Both the position numbers and the translations under genes were made by a program. This document shows positions 21,616 through 36,279 of a DNA stretch of 64,000 bases, one piece after another. Origin of the DNA: Octopus sinensis (lineage: Eukaryota); NCBI RefSeq assembly GCF_006345805.1, contig NC_043007.1:58962001-59026000 (forward strand), in the 5' to 3' direction. The notes under the pieces are model-generated. The model was not told the origin of the DNA and made no database searches. It saw only the letters and a program-made list of their open reading frames with translations. Within the stretch, counting starts at the first letter, position 1; each line of letters begins with the position of its first letter.

Positions 21616-24555
21616 CATTTGGATCAGTGTTTGAAGGCAAAGCTGGCAGAATCATTAACATGCTGGACAAAACACTTAGCTGCAATTTGACTTAATGTTT
21701 GACTTTCCTTTCATCCTTTCAGGATTGACAAAATAAGTGCCATTTGAGCACCAAGGTTGATGTAATTCACTAACCCACCCCCATCAAATTTTCAGGCCTT
21801 GTGCCTATAATAGAAAGGATATTTGGGTCAGTACTGCTGTGACACAGATATATATCCTTGGCCACATTCTGAGAAAGACTATACCACTGCTTGGCTTGGA
21901 GTCACTCCAACCTCTAACTCACAGCCACTCCAACCTGTGACTCATAGACACCCCAATCTCTGACTCACAGCCATACTACCTCTCCTCTCTACAGCTACTC
22001 AAATGGCCTCTGTTCCTCTAACTGGGCTCATACCACTTTCGCTTTGACACTCCAAAATCACAGCCTAATCCTTCTCTTATTATCCATATTGTGTCTGCCC
22101 TACTCTCCAAATCTTGTCATGGCCTCTTCATTCTTTCGTTTCAGAAGACCATCTCTCTGGTATTTCTTTCCCTGTACCTGTTTTTTGCAGCATTGGTTGA
22201 CTTGCAAGAGTTCAAATGTTCATTAGTTCAATAGTTCAAATGTTCATAGTTCATTAGTTTCACAAGTTTTGAATGTTCTAGAAAGACTGTAAACACATCC
22301 TGTTCATCCAGATCAAATCACCAAAGCAAAAAATATTTTTAAAGCACCAATGAATAATAAAAGTACTAGGGTTGATATAACTGACAATACCATAGAAGAC
22401 AGCACTCCAGCATGGCCACAGTCCAGAGACTGGAACCAATGAAAGAATAAGTAAACAAACAATTAAAAAGAAAAAAGAAATATGTTTCTTCTAAAATGCA
22501 TAATTTAAATAGCTTATTATATAATATCATTTACCTTCATCATAAACAAATTAGGTAATTTTTTTTCTAGGTTGATAACTAGAATTTTCAATGGCAATGT
22601 GCATAGTTGTTGCTTTGCCACTAAATGTCTGCCTTGAAATGAATGCCAGGCAGTCAGGCCATTTACAGGGCGGGCGTCAGACCAATCATTTCTCAGAACT
22701 AGGTTAATGAATCTGTCAGTTTTAGAAAGTATTATCTGGTGTCTAGCTTGGATAGCTTGGATGGTGAGCTGAATAGTAAAGTGCTGGACTTTCTTAAGAG
22801 GGAATCTGCATTCAAGTCCAGCCAGTGGTAGTCGAGGGGTGGGGTGAGGTGGGGGTGGCAGTGGTTGTAGTGGTGGTGGCAGTGGTTGTAGTGGTGGTGG
22901 CAGCAGCAGTGGTGGTGGTGGTTCTTCTTCAGTTGTTTCTACAACTATTAGCACTACTACATGTAGTTCATCAGACAGAGATTGTTAATTAAATGCTCAG
23001 TAGAAAGCACACAAGGCTAGAGAAAGCTAAAGAATGTCATGGTGGGAAACTGGTGGCCAAGACCCACACTGCAGACACCCTACTTTAATGATCTGTCATG
23101 GACTGAATGCCAATTACATGAAGTTGAAACTGCCAGTAGCTTTTTTTTTTTGTTTGTTTTTAATGTTTTACTGACTATGGATAATATCAAAATAGAAAAT
23201 TGAGTGTATATTTTGTGCGTGTATGTATACATGTATTTGTGTATGGAAGAAAAAAGTATCATAATTCTGAGCTATTTTGAGAATTTATTTTACAGAAACT
23301 GGCTAAGGAATTCACTTAGGAACCATGTGATTAGGGGTTCATATACATGTGTACATGTGGGTGTGTTTTGTTTGTGTGAGTTCATATAAGTATTTGCTGC
23401 TCATACCAGCCAAGAACATGGATGTTAAATAACAATGATGACAATTAAGATAATGATGATGATCTTTATGTGTGTATATATTTGTGAAACTAGTTAAGGC
23501 TTTAAATAAAAAATTGAAATGAATTCTAATGCATTTTCTTGGCAACATTCAACAGTTAAAAGATGGTTCTCATGTTCGATATGAATGCAAGTCTCTAATA
23601 GGTTTTTCCCCTAAAGAATATTTAAGTGCTGCAAGCAAATGCAATAATTGCAAATTATAGTTTTCTTCACAGTCCCTATTTATAGTGATTGATTATACTT
23701 CCTCATAGTACCTATTTACACACAGATGGATAAGACCATTGACACTTAAATGTTTTGGGGGAGGTTTTTTTGTCAGGATCACAATAAAAAACTGGTAACA
23801 ATGTTTGACCAGTCAATAATATCTATAAATATAACTATTCATCATTGTTGTTGTGATTGTCATCATTACCGTTGTCATCATCGTTGTCGTCATCGACATC
23901 GTCATCATTATTGCATCTACTTTCCATACTGGCATGGGTTGGTTGATAAGACAGGATTCAACAAGTCAGAGGACCATGTCTCACTCCTATGTCTCAGTTT
24001 TAGCTTGGTCACTATGGCTGGATGTCCTTCCTAACACCAACCACTTTACAGAGTGTGCTGAGTGCTTTTTTTCATGGCACTGGCACTAGTGAGGTTGTCT
24101 TGTTACTCACAAGACTAAAATGTATCTATTAAATTTTAAAGAACTATCAGTAGTTGAGTTATGCCTCCAGACACTGAATTAAAGTGTTAAGGCATTGTAT
24201 TTTGTTAGTAACTCTGCACAATGTCCCTCTTGACTATCAATGTATCAGCATACCAATATGTAATTGGGTTTGTAAAGTGTGTTGGTTCACCAATATCAGT
24301 TGCATTTCATTGGTTTGGAATATTGACTTCATTTCTTTCCATGGGCAGGGCAAAAAGAAAGCTGTTTCCCAAATCGCATCCCATTAGTTTTACCTATAAA
24401 TAATAAGAGCAGACACTGTTGATGGTTACCACCAATCATAAACAGTCAAAGTAATTGACTGATTTGGGTGATAAGAGGCAAACTGACAGACTAAACTTTT
24501 AGGTCAAGGACTCTAGTCTGAGTATACACCAGTATTATAACTATGCTCATTATAA

Positions 24556-24790
24556 GTACATGTACCAAAGTGAGGTATCATATTTAATGGCATATAAGAT
24601 GTACTTTTTTTCTCAAAATATCTTTCAAGAAATCTCACTCTTGGTTGACTTGCAAGATTGCTTTAGATATTACATACTTTAATGCACTAAAAACTTTACT
24701 TGAATATGCACTGCTGCAATTAGGGTACATCTGATATGCCCATGCATCTTTTATGCCATCAAATATAGTATATTCAAGGTTATCTACATG
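24556..24790. repeat. Decayed inverted-repeat element
   Basis: ATATTTAATGGCATATAAGATG (24580-24601) versus CATCTTTTATGCCATCAAATAT (24745-24766), 20/22 complementary; outer ACATGTA/TACATGT. Confidence 0.4.
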
Positions 24791-27595
24791 TATTCAGTGT
24801 AACAGTATAAGCATGTTCATTATAAATCTTATCTTTTATCTTTTGTTTCATGCTGGAGCACTGCCTCGGAGAATTTTTTAGTTGAATGAATCAACCCCAG
24901 TACTTATTTTTTTAAGCCTGGTACTTAATCTCCTGATCTCTTTTGCTGAGCTACTAAGATACATGGACATAAACACACCAGTACCAGTTATCAAGCAGTT
25001 TTAAGGCACAAACACAGACACAAAAGCACACACACACACACACGGCAGGGTTCTTTTCAGTTTCCATCTACCAAATCCACTCACAAGGTTTTGGTTGGTC
25101 TGAGGCTATAGTAGAAGGTACTTGCCTTAGGTACTACACAGTGGGACTGAACCCAGCACCATATGGTTGGGAAACAAGCTTCTTACTATACAATCACACC
25201 TGCACCATACACAGCCATGCATGCACCATAAATGTTAGTATTACATATGAAGATTATGATTTTGAAAAGATATTTTTGAAAATTCCAATATCTTTAAAAT
25301 TTCTCCCTTCTCTCAGCTTTTGGAATATTTACCCTCACTTCACTCCACCTAATGTGGAGACGCAAGGCTTAGTGGTTATGGACAGTAAAATTGTGGTTTC
25401 AATTCCTGGACTGGACAATGTGTTGTGTTCTTGAGCAAACCACTTCATTTCACATTGCTCCAGTCCACTCAGCTGGCAAAAATGAGTAATCCTGTGACAG
25501 ACTGGTGTCCCATCCAAGTGTGGAATTTATATGCCCTGAAACTGGGAAACCAGCCCTTATGAGCTAGCATGACTTGAGAAGGTTCCCACCCCCACCTCAG
25601 CACCAACCTGCCAAAAGTTTTCAAATTCATCCATTTATTTGCATGTGTTTGGATGCCTGCTGAACCAGTAGATGGCAAGAGAGAGGGAGGTTTCAGTATG
25701 ACCACATAACATGCTAGAAATAACAAAGCTAAATCTCCTTCAAAGCATGCACCTTTCTGTCTTATAAAATCAAGGATACATTGGAAAACATTATCCAACG
25801 TATACCAAAATACAGCAATTACAACTCTGTAAAAAATATGTTTTATAAACGTTACATTTTTTAAAATCTCACTCTCTCCACAACTTTTGAAATAAAGACA
25901 ATTGCTTGACAGGAATAAGGAATACAATATCATTTGTACCTCAGCATCCACCACTAATATGATTGAAATATTAGGAAAATATTTTGTACCCCTTTAAGGC
26001 TGTAAGCTGGCAGAATCGTTAGCATGCTGGGCAAGATGCTTAGCAACATTTTGTCTGTTGTTATGTTCTGAGTTCAAATTCTGCCATGGTCAACTTTACC
26101 TTTCATCCTTTCGGGGTCGACAAATTAAATACCAGTGAAACACTGGGGTCAATGTAATCAACTATTTCAAATTTTAGCCCTTATGCCTTTAGTAGAAAGG
26201 ATTATTATTATTATTGAGATAGAAAGCTAGTAGAATTGTTAGCTAAGCAAAATGCATAGTGGCATTTTGTTAGTCTTTACATTCTGAGTTCAGATTCCAG
26301 TGAGGTTGACTTTGCCTTTCATACTTTCAAAGTTGATAAAATATGTACCAGTTGAGTACTGGGTTCAATGTAATTGACTTACCTCCACCCCCACCCAAAT
26401 TGCTGGATTTGTGACAAAAATTGAAATCAATACCTTGCATGCCTTTCTTTATTAACAATAAGATTGAAATAGAGTTTGCAGCTTTATAATTTCCTCTCAT
26501 CCATCTCTCACTCACTCGTCACTCTCACAACAACTTACTTATCCACTCATGCCACTTCTCTTTATCCACCTTGCTGTAACTTGAGGATGAACCCTGGCAC
26601 ACTTTCTTCCTTCTTTTCCAAATGAGGTAATCATGCATCTCCTCTATAGTGAGTCACTATCATACTTTAGCCTCTCATCACCTGGCATGATGTCACCCCC
26701 CTCAATACTACGCATCCACTTCAGTTAAGGCATAGTGTTTTGTGAGTTATATGGCACTAGCTGGCACTAGTGGTAAGCCTACAGGTTCCAGTACCACATG
26801 AAAAACATCCAGTACACTCTATAAAGTGGTTGGCATTAGGAAGGGCATCCACCTTTTGAAAGCATACCCTCCTGTCAAACTATCCAACCCATGACAGCAT
26901 GGGAAGCAGATGTTAATTGATGGTGGTGGTGTTGGTGGTGTTGATGGTGGAGGTGGTGATGATGATGATAATGACAATAATGATGATGACAACAATGGTG
27001 ATTACAATGATGGTGATGATTATATTGATGACGAGGAGGGGAGAGGAGGAGGAGGACAATGATAATGATGATGATGATTCTGCTTTCTTTGCCATGGTGT
27101 TGGGCAAGATTTAAAAGTTTCATATCATCTTAATTTTCTGAGTCATGGCAATTTATTCAGCTTTTTTTGCAAATCTTCAGAAGCTCACTTTGGTAGAGAT
27201 GGTACCTTCCAATGAGAAACACTGCATTAGCACTTTTTTAAAACTGTTACTATTGCACCACCACTCAATTTTCCGTTCACCCAAGATGAACATATTATTA
27301 TACAATCTCAGTTTACTGGAGAGGTTCTTCCCTCAGTTGCTACAATACAGTGGTTCTCACATTGATAAATCTTCTCCACCTGTTCTAAAATATATTGGAA
27401 ATATTTTATACACTTTCCTTTATTAACAAGAATATCAATTAGAGTTAGTTTCTATTCAATTCTTGTTTCTTTGCCATGGTGCTGTACAAGTTTTAAACAT
27501 TTAAAATTGTCTCTAAAAAACGAACACAAAGACACATTTAAACCTTTACACAACATCAAAATAGTAATTTAATGTAAATTTGAGCAATAAAAAAT

Positions 27596-30570
27596 CCAGA
27601 GGATATTCCAAAGACTGCTGTAACCACTCCTTTTGGCACCTTCGAATTCCTAACTATGTCATTTGGTTTATGGAACTCAGTCAGCACATTTCAAAGGTTC
27701 AAAGACGAAGTCGTCTGAGACTTAAACTTCGTCTATGCATACACCAATGACATCTTGATAGCTAGTGCCTCACTCGAGGAACATCTCCATCATATACATC
27801 AGCTGTTCAAGCAGTTCAAGACTTACCAAGTGTGAATCAACCTTACCAAATGTGTTTTTGGCACATCTCCTTTGACCTTCCTAGGTCATATCATCAGCCA
27901 CTGCCAGACAAGGTGAAGGCATTACAGGAGTTACCTCCACCCACCTCATTATATCAGCTCCGACATTTCCTGGGACTATTCAACTTCTATCAGTACTTTG
28001 TTCCTCATTCAGCTGAAATCCTGTATATGTTAAACATACTTGGAATAGGAAAAAGAGGAATGAGCTCATAGCATTGGACTCCACCCAACTTCTTCAACAC
28101 AGCAAAGCAGCAACTCACTCATGTATTGCTTCTTGCCTACCCTGTCATGGACGCTCAGCTATCCCTTGTGGTGGATGCATCCAACACTGCCATAAGCACG
28201 GTGTTACAACAACTTCACCAGCAACAACAACTCCAGCCACTTGCCTTTTTCTCTCAGCAGCTTAAACCAGCTGAAACTCACTACAGCACTTTCGGACAGA
28301 AGCTGTTAGCTATGTATTTAGCAGTCAAACATATCTGGCACACACTTGAGGATGCCAATTCACGATTTTTACGGCCCACCATCCACTCACCTTTGCCCTG
28401 CACTTGAAACCTGACAAGTACTCTCCATGGGAAACCAGGCACTTGGATTTCGTTTCCCAATTTACCGCTGATATCTGCCATATCTCTAGTGTTGATAACA
28501 CTGCAGCAGCAGCAGATGCTTTATCATGCCTACCACTGAATTCACTGTCACCACCCACAGACATCAACCTCTGTCTCCTGGCTAAAGATCAACCTTGCTT
28601 AGAGACAGTTGATATATCCTCATCCGCCTTTGCCACATGCAACTTCAAGTACTTCCCAGTACCCACAGCTGATGCTCAGATTTTGAGTGATACTGCCATG
28701 AATTCTCCTCGTCCTTTTGTTCCGGAGACCCACAGACAGTCTTCAGCACACTGCATAATCTGTCTCACCCTGGCATCACCACCACAGTGAAACTCGTTTT
28801 GGCTAGATTCTTTTGGCCAAATATGAGACAAGACATCACTGCTTGGTTACACTCCTGCCTTTTCTGTCAGAAGTCAAAGGTGCATAGACACATCCAAGCA
28901 CCCTTTGGCACATTCAACACACCAAATGTGCATTTCAACAATGTACACATTGACCTTGTTGGACCTTGGCCAGTCAGCCAGGGATATACCTACCTGCTCA
29001 CCTGCATTGATTGTTTCACATGTTGGCCGGAAACTATTCCTTTAGTAGATATCACTGCGGAATCTGTTGCCAAAGCTTTTCTCACAGGATGGATATGGCA
29101 CGGAGTCCCTACCACCATCGTGGAAAACAGTTTGAATTACAACTCTTCCACAAGCTCACGAAGACCATAGGTGCATGTCGGATTCAAACCACCACTTACC
29201 ATTCACAATCCAGTGGTATGGTGGAATGATTCTACAGTCAAATGAAAGCTGCTTTGTGGGCTTACCCAGATTGGCAGTGTTGGAGCAAATATCTTTCAAT
29301 AGTCCTTCTTGGCTGTCGATCCTTGATAAAGGAGGATCTGTTATTTCCCAGCAAAGCTTATTTATGGCACACCTCTTTTGTTGCTAGGCCAGATGTTGGC
29401 CCCAGTGGATCTGTCCACACAAGACCACACTATGTACATACAGAGACTTCGCAAATACATGCAAGAACTGCCACCCCTATCAAAACGACACCAAACCACT
29501 AAATCATCAGTTCCAAAAGAAATTGATTCTTGGACCCATGTGTTTCTATGAAATGATGCTGTGGAAACCCCCCTCACACCTCTATACACAGGACCCTATC
29601 GCATCCTGTTGCACACAGACAAGCTATATACCATAGACATTAATAGTAAAAAGAATACTATCTCAATAGACAGGCTTAAGTGGGCATACACAGACAGTGA
29701 TACAATACCACCTCATACACCTCCCACATTCACAGTACAACATGAAACAAATGCTACACCACTGCAACCACCACCAACACCATCACACATATCGACCCCC
29801 TCCTCCATCTACATATGTCACTATGATTCTTAGTGGTCGCCGTGTACATTGACTCACCAAGCTGTCTAAAACTACATACATCTGAACTGTAACGAACTAT
29901 TTGTGATCTTACCAAAGACTCTTCAATGCATATCACCAATGATGCAGTTTTGTTCTTTACAGTATTCCTTCAAACTTTACCTAATTGACTTGAACATTTT
30001 GCTTATTTCTTTGTGTTCATATTCTATTTACTCTTACTATGCTTTGCCTTTTCATTTCACTTTCTTATTTTTGTGGTATTGCATCCTTCTGTTTGTATTC
30101 CATGTTCTTACCTGCTTTTTGCACTGCATATTTACATACACCATCTCTATTTTTTTCAACTTTTTAAAGTCTAGCAAGAGGCTATGTAGCAGAGCTATAT
30201 ATTACATAGTAATATAAAGAAACATAGCTATAAAAATAAAGAAACATATTACATAGTAATATATGAGTTGACCCGCACAGCAGATGAGTATATCAATGAG
30301 GAATCTAGCCTTACTTTGATACACTAGCCTCATGTTGATACAGTAGCTTCGTTCTCATACAGTAGCCTCATTCGTTCTCATACAGTAGCCTTGTTCTGAG
30401 ATACACTGTAGAAACATCCTCTGTTCCTGCCAGGCTTTGGTCAAAGATACATGTCTTCTCTGCAGGTCCATGCGCAATCTCCCATGTGCGACTCACATGT
30501 CTATTCACCTCGACACAAGATATATGGTTCGTAAACGAAGATATTTTATGAGACACACATTCTCAAAATG
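27596..30570 (+). mobile_element. 3' half of a degenerate Ty3/Gypsy LTR retrotransposon (RT, RNase H, integrase, PPT, probable 3' LTR)
   Basis: EDIPKTAVTTPFG, RT site decayed to YTND (27740-27751), LVVDAS, HIDLVGPWP, TGPYRIL; purine tract then TGTAGC at 30185 taken as LTR start; LTR end uncertain; many stops and frameshifts. Confidence 0.85.
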
Positions 30571-31192
30571 ACTGTTCTCATTACACACATACATACATAC
30601 TGTAATGCAAATATTATATGTTACTTCTTTCAGTGCAAAAGCAAAAATCAAAACTTTCTTTGTATGTAAGTACACATGTTTTTGCATCATACTACAGGCT
30701 TCCACCACAAAAGGTGAACACAGAATAAACAATATATTTAAACACAAAAATGTCTTATGGTGATTCATACTAACTGTTTTACCATTTAATAACATGCTCT
30801 TGAACAGCCAACGACAGCTGCTATAACAGCGCTCGGATCGATGTAATTGACTCACCCCCTTCCCCCAAAATTGCTGGTCCTGTACCAAAATTTGAAACTA
30901 ATATTAATGTATATCTACTGATTTCTTATAAGGAAACAAAGTTTTCCAATCAGTTCAGAGTTCTCTTGCTTTGTATCTGGCACTGACGACAGCTAAGATG
31001 CTAGTATTGCATTTTCCAGTCCCCAGGGGGCACTCTGAACTGAATTTAGTGTTTTAACACCTTTTGCCTAAATTGAGAATTTTTCTCCATAGTAAACCAT
31101 AGTGGAAATGCTTGTTTATAGGTCAAATATGTTCTAAACATATTTGAGCTGATCTAAAGTTTGTTTATTTTGCACCACTGCTCCAAGTGCCA

Positions 31193-31404
31193 CCCTTTAG
31201 CATTCAAATCATTCTGTTAAACATAATGCTCTTTTATTCACATTGTTTTGAATAAATCATGAAATATCTTGTAGCTTCAATGATGTGGCAGTTTATTTTT
31301 AGAATAACATTGTAGAGTAGGTGTGAGGGGCTACATCTGGCCAGTTTGAACATAAAGCAGCTAGGATATTTTAGCTGGATGTGACCAGTTTAAATGCTAA
31401 AGGG
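31193..31404. mobile_element. piggyBac-like MITE
   Basis: Perfect 12-bp TIR CCCTTTAGCATT / AATGCTAAAGGG; TTAA flanks degraded. Confidence 0.65.
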
Positions 31405-31839
31405 TGAAAAATGCATTTAGTTTTATTTCTCTTGTTTGTTCTTCTAAACCCTACTGACAAATTCAACATTTCAGAATCCTTCTTCCAGGAAAAGTCAACA
31501 GAAGAGAAATAAATGAAAGACAGCTTGAGTTTTACATGGTCTATGTCTGAGAAACTCCTCCTCTACTACATCAATACTTATAGCATACTATCTCCACTAC
31601 TATGCCATACTTACATCATACATGTAGTATATATCCATTACACCATACTCACTGTATACCTTCACAACTACATAGTACTTATAGTATACCTCCACTCCTT
31701 CAGAATACTTATTACTTTATTGACCAGATTGAGCAACAAATGTTCTCTAATCAATAAAACAAATCTACTTTCATATCACTCACAGACAGAAAGTGAACAA
31801 AGAGAAGCAACAGATAATGCATCTGTTATACTTACATAC

Positions 31840-32104
31840 ATACATATACATATATATATATATATATATATACTTAACTGCATATAAACATATATATGTG
31901 TGTGTGTATGTGTATCATATATATATATATATATATATATGTGATATACACATACACACGCACACACACATATATACATTCATATATATATACATATATG
32001 TATATGTGTATCTATGTACATATATATATATATGTGATATATATATATATGCATGTGTGTATAGATATATATGTATGTATACACACACACACACACACAC
32101 ACAT
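31840..32104. repeat. Compound (TA)/(TG)/(CA) microsatellite; similar tract at about 32345-32520
   Basis: Directly visible; source of the many YI/HT/CV-repeat ORFs in the track. Confidence 0.95.
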
Positions 32105-32351
32105 ATAAGGTAGTGTTGAAAGTGGGGTTTGCTTAGATAGGGTGTGTTGTTTTCTTATCAGTTCATTTACTAACGAGCAGTTCTTTGGTTTAAATCCTTT
32201 TATATCTATTCTGTGTGTTTTTACTAATTAATCTCCTGTCAGAGAGTGCAGATGACATAGTGACCAGGGTAGTAGATATTCATTTGAGACATTTGCAAGG
32301 TTATACCTTGTCATGTGTATTGTGTTGTATATAGAACAACAAACTTACATA

Positions 32352-32399
<48 letters not shown>

Positions 32400-32409
32400 C
32401 ATGTATGTG

Positions 32410-32463
<54 letters not shown>

Positions 32464-32476
32464 ATACACATATGTA

Positions 32477-33310
32477 CATACTTACATATATATGTATATA
32501 CACATGCATATATCATTACAGGACATCATAAAACGTAAACAACAGGAAATACGAAAATGGCATGAAATACAAAATACAGAAACATGGAATATGAACTTTT
32601 TTTTTAACAATGGAAGAAAAAATGGAAAACAAGACAAGAAACATAAAAAGCGACCTTCATTAGTTGTTGGCTGTTTTATCTACTCCAGATTTTGAGCATT
32701 TATAACAAGATGTGCCTTTGTCAAAACGGTTGCTCCTGCAAAGCAAATCAAATAAGATTAGGGATTTGCGGAGGGTCAAAGTTGATAACAAAAACACTAC
32801 GGTGAAAATGGTAAGGGCTGTTAAACCAAGACGAGTGAGGTGGTGCATGCTGGAGAAACACACTTTGACAGGAGACAAACAACGAGGTGTCTGATCTCTT
32901 GTAGCTGATCAGAAGAAAAGAAATTCAAGTTAGGAAAAGAAAAATGGCCAATGGCCATGTGTGAGCAATGAGAGAGTAAAGGAGGAAGAGTGAAGAAGAG
33001 AGAGGGACAGATAGAGAACGGTGAAGAGGAGAGGAAAAGAATTAGAAAAAGGATGAGAGAGAAAAAAACAAACAGGGGAAAAGGGAAGATAAAAAGAATT
33101 AGAGAAAGGAAGAGAGAGGAAACAAATAGACTACAAGTGTCGCATCAAAATTATTAAGATAAAACTTACTTGGAAATGGATGCATGGCATTCAATCATAT
33201 AATGATATAAACAATATAATTATATATGCATGTATACATACATATATGTGCATACTTACATATATATGTATATACACATGCATATATGGGTACAGGACAT
33301 CATAGAACGT
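32477..33310 (-). mobile_element. Probable Penelope-like pseudo-LTR remnant bounded by 60-bp direct repeats
   Basis: 32477-32536 and 33251-33310 match except for about 4 nt; minus strand has a degenerate hammerhead core CTAATGAAGG at 32654-32663; family call is by recollection. Confidence 0.4.
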
Positions 33311-35015
33311 GTATATATATATATACATATAAGAGAGAGAAGAAAAAGAATGAGAGTGATAAAGAAAGAGAGATGAGACAGAAGAAAGAGGAAAATAAGA
33401 AAGAGAGAGATATGTATAATACATGTTTGATTAAAGTTGTATATATATATATATATACAAGCCGTTTATTTGTTCCCCTTTGGCTCTGCCTTCTAGCTAA
33501 CAACATGCAGCTGATAATATTAAATAGGAGCTAAAACAATATATTGAGCATAATTTTGTTAACATTACCCATGTTTTATAACATCTATGATAATAAAAAG
33601 TGGCTGCCACTATATTTCTATGGGTACCATGGAGTTGTGGTGGATGCTACCAACAGTTCTGTTCTTTGCATTAATGGTATTTAACCATAATCAATATTCT
33701 GACAAGAGATGGGTTCTGCTAGATTGACATATGTTTAACACATGATGAAGAGATTGTGATTGCAAAGATAGTATGGTGCAAGGATTGTATTAGTCATAAA
33801 ACACCATAGAAGCTGCCTTGTAACTTTTCCTATGAATGTAAGCACAAACTGTATTAATTCTGACACCAGCTATGGAACTAACTGTTAGATTTAAGGTAAC
33901 ACAGCAATGCATTTTAACAAAATACTATTATATATTATGTAGCAGTTGATTTAGTCTTTTCACACAACTTCATTTATACTGGTATTCTTTCATCCTCTTA
34001 TTTGTTTCGGTAATTAGACTGTGGCTATGCTGGGGCACTGCCTTGACGAATTTTTAGTTGAACAAATCAATTCCAGTGTTTATTTTTTTAAAGATTGGTA
34101 CTTATTCTATTATTCTCTTTTGCCTAACTGCTATGTTAGAGATTTAACCACACTAACACTAGCTGTCAAGTGGTGGTGGGGAACAAACATAGACACAGGA
34201 CACACGCACGCACACACACACACATATATAATAGGCTTCTTTCAATTTCTGTCAACTATATCCACTCACAAGACTTTGGTAGGCCTGAGACTATAGTGGA
34301 AGACACTTGCCTAAGATACCATGCAATATGACTGGATACAAAAGAACCATGTGGTTGGGAGGCAAATTTCTTACCATGCAGCCATGCCTGCACCTATATG
34401 TGTGTGTGTGTTCATGCATGTGCACACATGCATGCATGTGTATGTACATATAATCTGTTGAGCAGATCATTTTTCTCTAATTGACTTGCTCTACGGTTTC
34501 TGTTAGAGTCTCAGAGAAAGAAACACGACAGTGTGAGATATATATAGAATCATTCCTCACATAGTCAACCTCTATGTGATCACTCACCCTATTAGAAACA
34601 ACAGCCAAATATTCCCTAAATCACACCGTTTTTTTTTTCAAAAAGAAGAAGGACATATAGAATAACTTCACAGATACACTTTAGCAAAACAAAAAACAAA
34701 AAAGGAAAAATTATAATGCTATTTAAATATTTTTAACTATAAGTTTGAGCAATCACGATTGACTTAGGATTAAACAACAACAGCAACAAATGCGTTTGGC
34801 CTTTTGGCTTCAAGTACTGGGAATATGGATATAACAGTAGCTATAGACATTATGTGAAGAACATCCATCTTAAATTATATTTTCTGTGCATATTAATATT
34901 TGTTAATCTTCACTAGCAAGTTGAAAATTATAGACTTAGTGATAACTAATGGATATATGTTCATGTATGTATGTATATACAATCTGATACATACATACAT
35001 ACATACATACATACA

Positions 35016-35047
<32 letters not shown>

Positions 35048-35048
<1 letters not shown>

Positions 35049-35252
35049 GAAGGGTTTTGAAAAGTTCCTGGCATTAAGGGTGTTGCAGAAGGCCTGGTCG
35101 GAGGCCCAAACTTCCGAGTTCTTTTGCAAGGCTTTGAAAAACTGAAGGGCTGCGATAAGTGTGTGAATCTGAGAGGGGAATATATTGAATAATTAACAGA
35201 TCTGCCTGTATTTTCTTTTACCCAAAACCAGGAACTTTTCAGCATCCCTTTG
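35048..35252 (+). mobile_element. Mariner-derived MITE (3' end of a mariner between TIRs)
   Basis: GAAAAGTTCCTGG / CCAGGAACTTTTC termini with TA flanks; encodes CDKCVNLRGEYIE*, a mariner C-terminus. Confidence 0.75.
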
Positions 35253-35551
35253 TATATGGGTATGGGCATGTCTATTTGGTAAAGAAGTTCACTTTCGAAC
35301 CATGTGGTTTCAAGTTTAGTTCTACTGTGTGGCATCTTGGACAAGTGTCTTCAACTATAGACTCATGTTGGCTAAAGACTTATGTGTGGATTTGGTAGAT
35401 AGAAACACCTGGTCCTTGGATGCTTTTGGTGCATTTCACCAAACATTCAGTCTTGGTCCAGTTTGAAGGTAATTCCTTGCTTTCCTCCCAGAGAAAATAA
35501 AGGATTATACAAGATGCACTTTTCCCTTTTTAAGTAAAAATGTACATATAG

Positions 35552-35624
<73 letters not shown>

Positions 35625-36238
35625 TAAGCATACTTTTAATTTAAAAAAAAAAGAGCCAAAAATTACAAAAATTGCAAAATAACCACTTTCACTGGAAGTT
35701 GGTTCAAAATTTCCATTCTTGTTTGACCAAATTTTCTGAGAGTAAGATTTAAAAAAAAAAAAGCATGAATGAGAAAAAGAAACAAATATATATAAAATTT
35801 CTTTTTAAAAAAAGCAGCCAAAACACGCACACACATATACAAAAACTGACATTTATTTATTTTAATCCAGACTGAATGTGAATTGGCAGACTGTAGTTCT
35901 GGAAGCTCTCTACATGATAAATTAACTTAACACAAACGTGATCGGACTTTTCAGTGTTTCTTTATAAATTCTGTTCAGTGGGAATAACACTTAATCTCCC
36001 TTACATACGTGTGTGTGTGTGTTTGTGAGTGTATATCCTGTGATGTGTGTGTTTGTGTATGTGTGTGTGTGTGCATGTATATGCATGCATATGTGTGAGG
36101 GTGTTTATTATTCATTACTTTTGTTTCTTTTGTTGTTGTTACTGTTGTTTTAACAAGAATATCTGTTGGCCATCAGTGTGTCCATTAGCCATTAGTATTC
36201 CGACCATTATGAAATGATCATGAGGTGGTAAAGTAGGT

Positions 36239-36279
<41 letters not shown>

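Noticed and set aside
21903-21971. 23-bp x3 degenerate tandem repeat (similar small repeats at 5611/5920 and about 55207-55300)
   Set aside because: Short local duplications with no associated structure; ordinary for this genome.
22517-22954. 145-aa Pro-rich ORF as a gene
   Set aside because: The first third is microsatellite and the rest has no recognisable domain; ORFs of this length are expected by chance in 64 kb. Kept only as context for the promoter-like finding.
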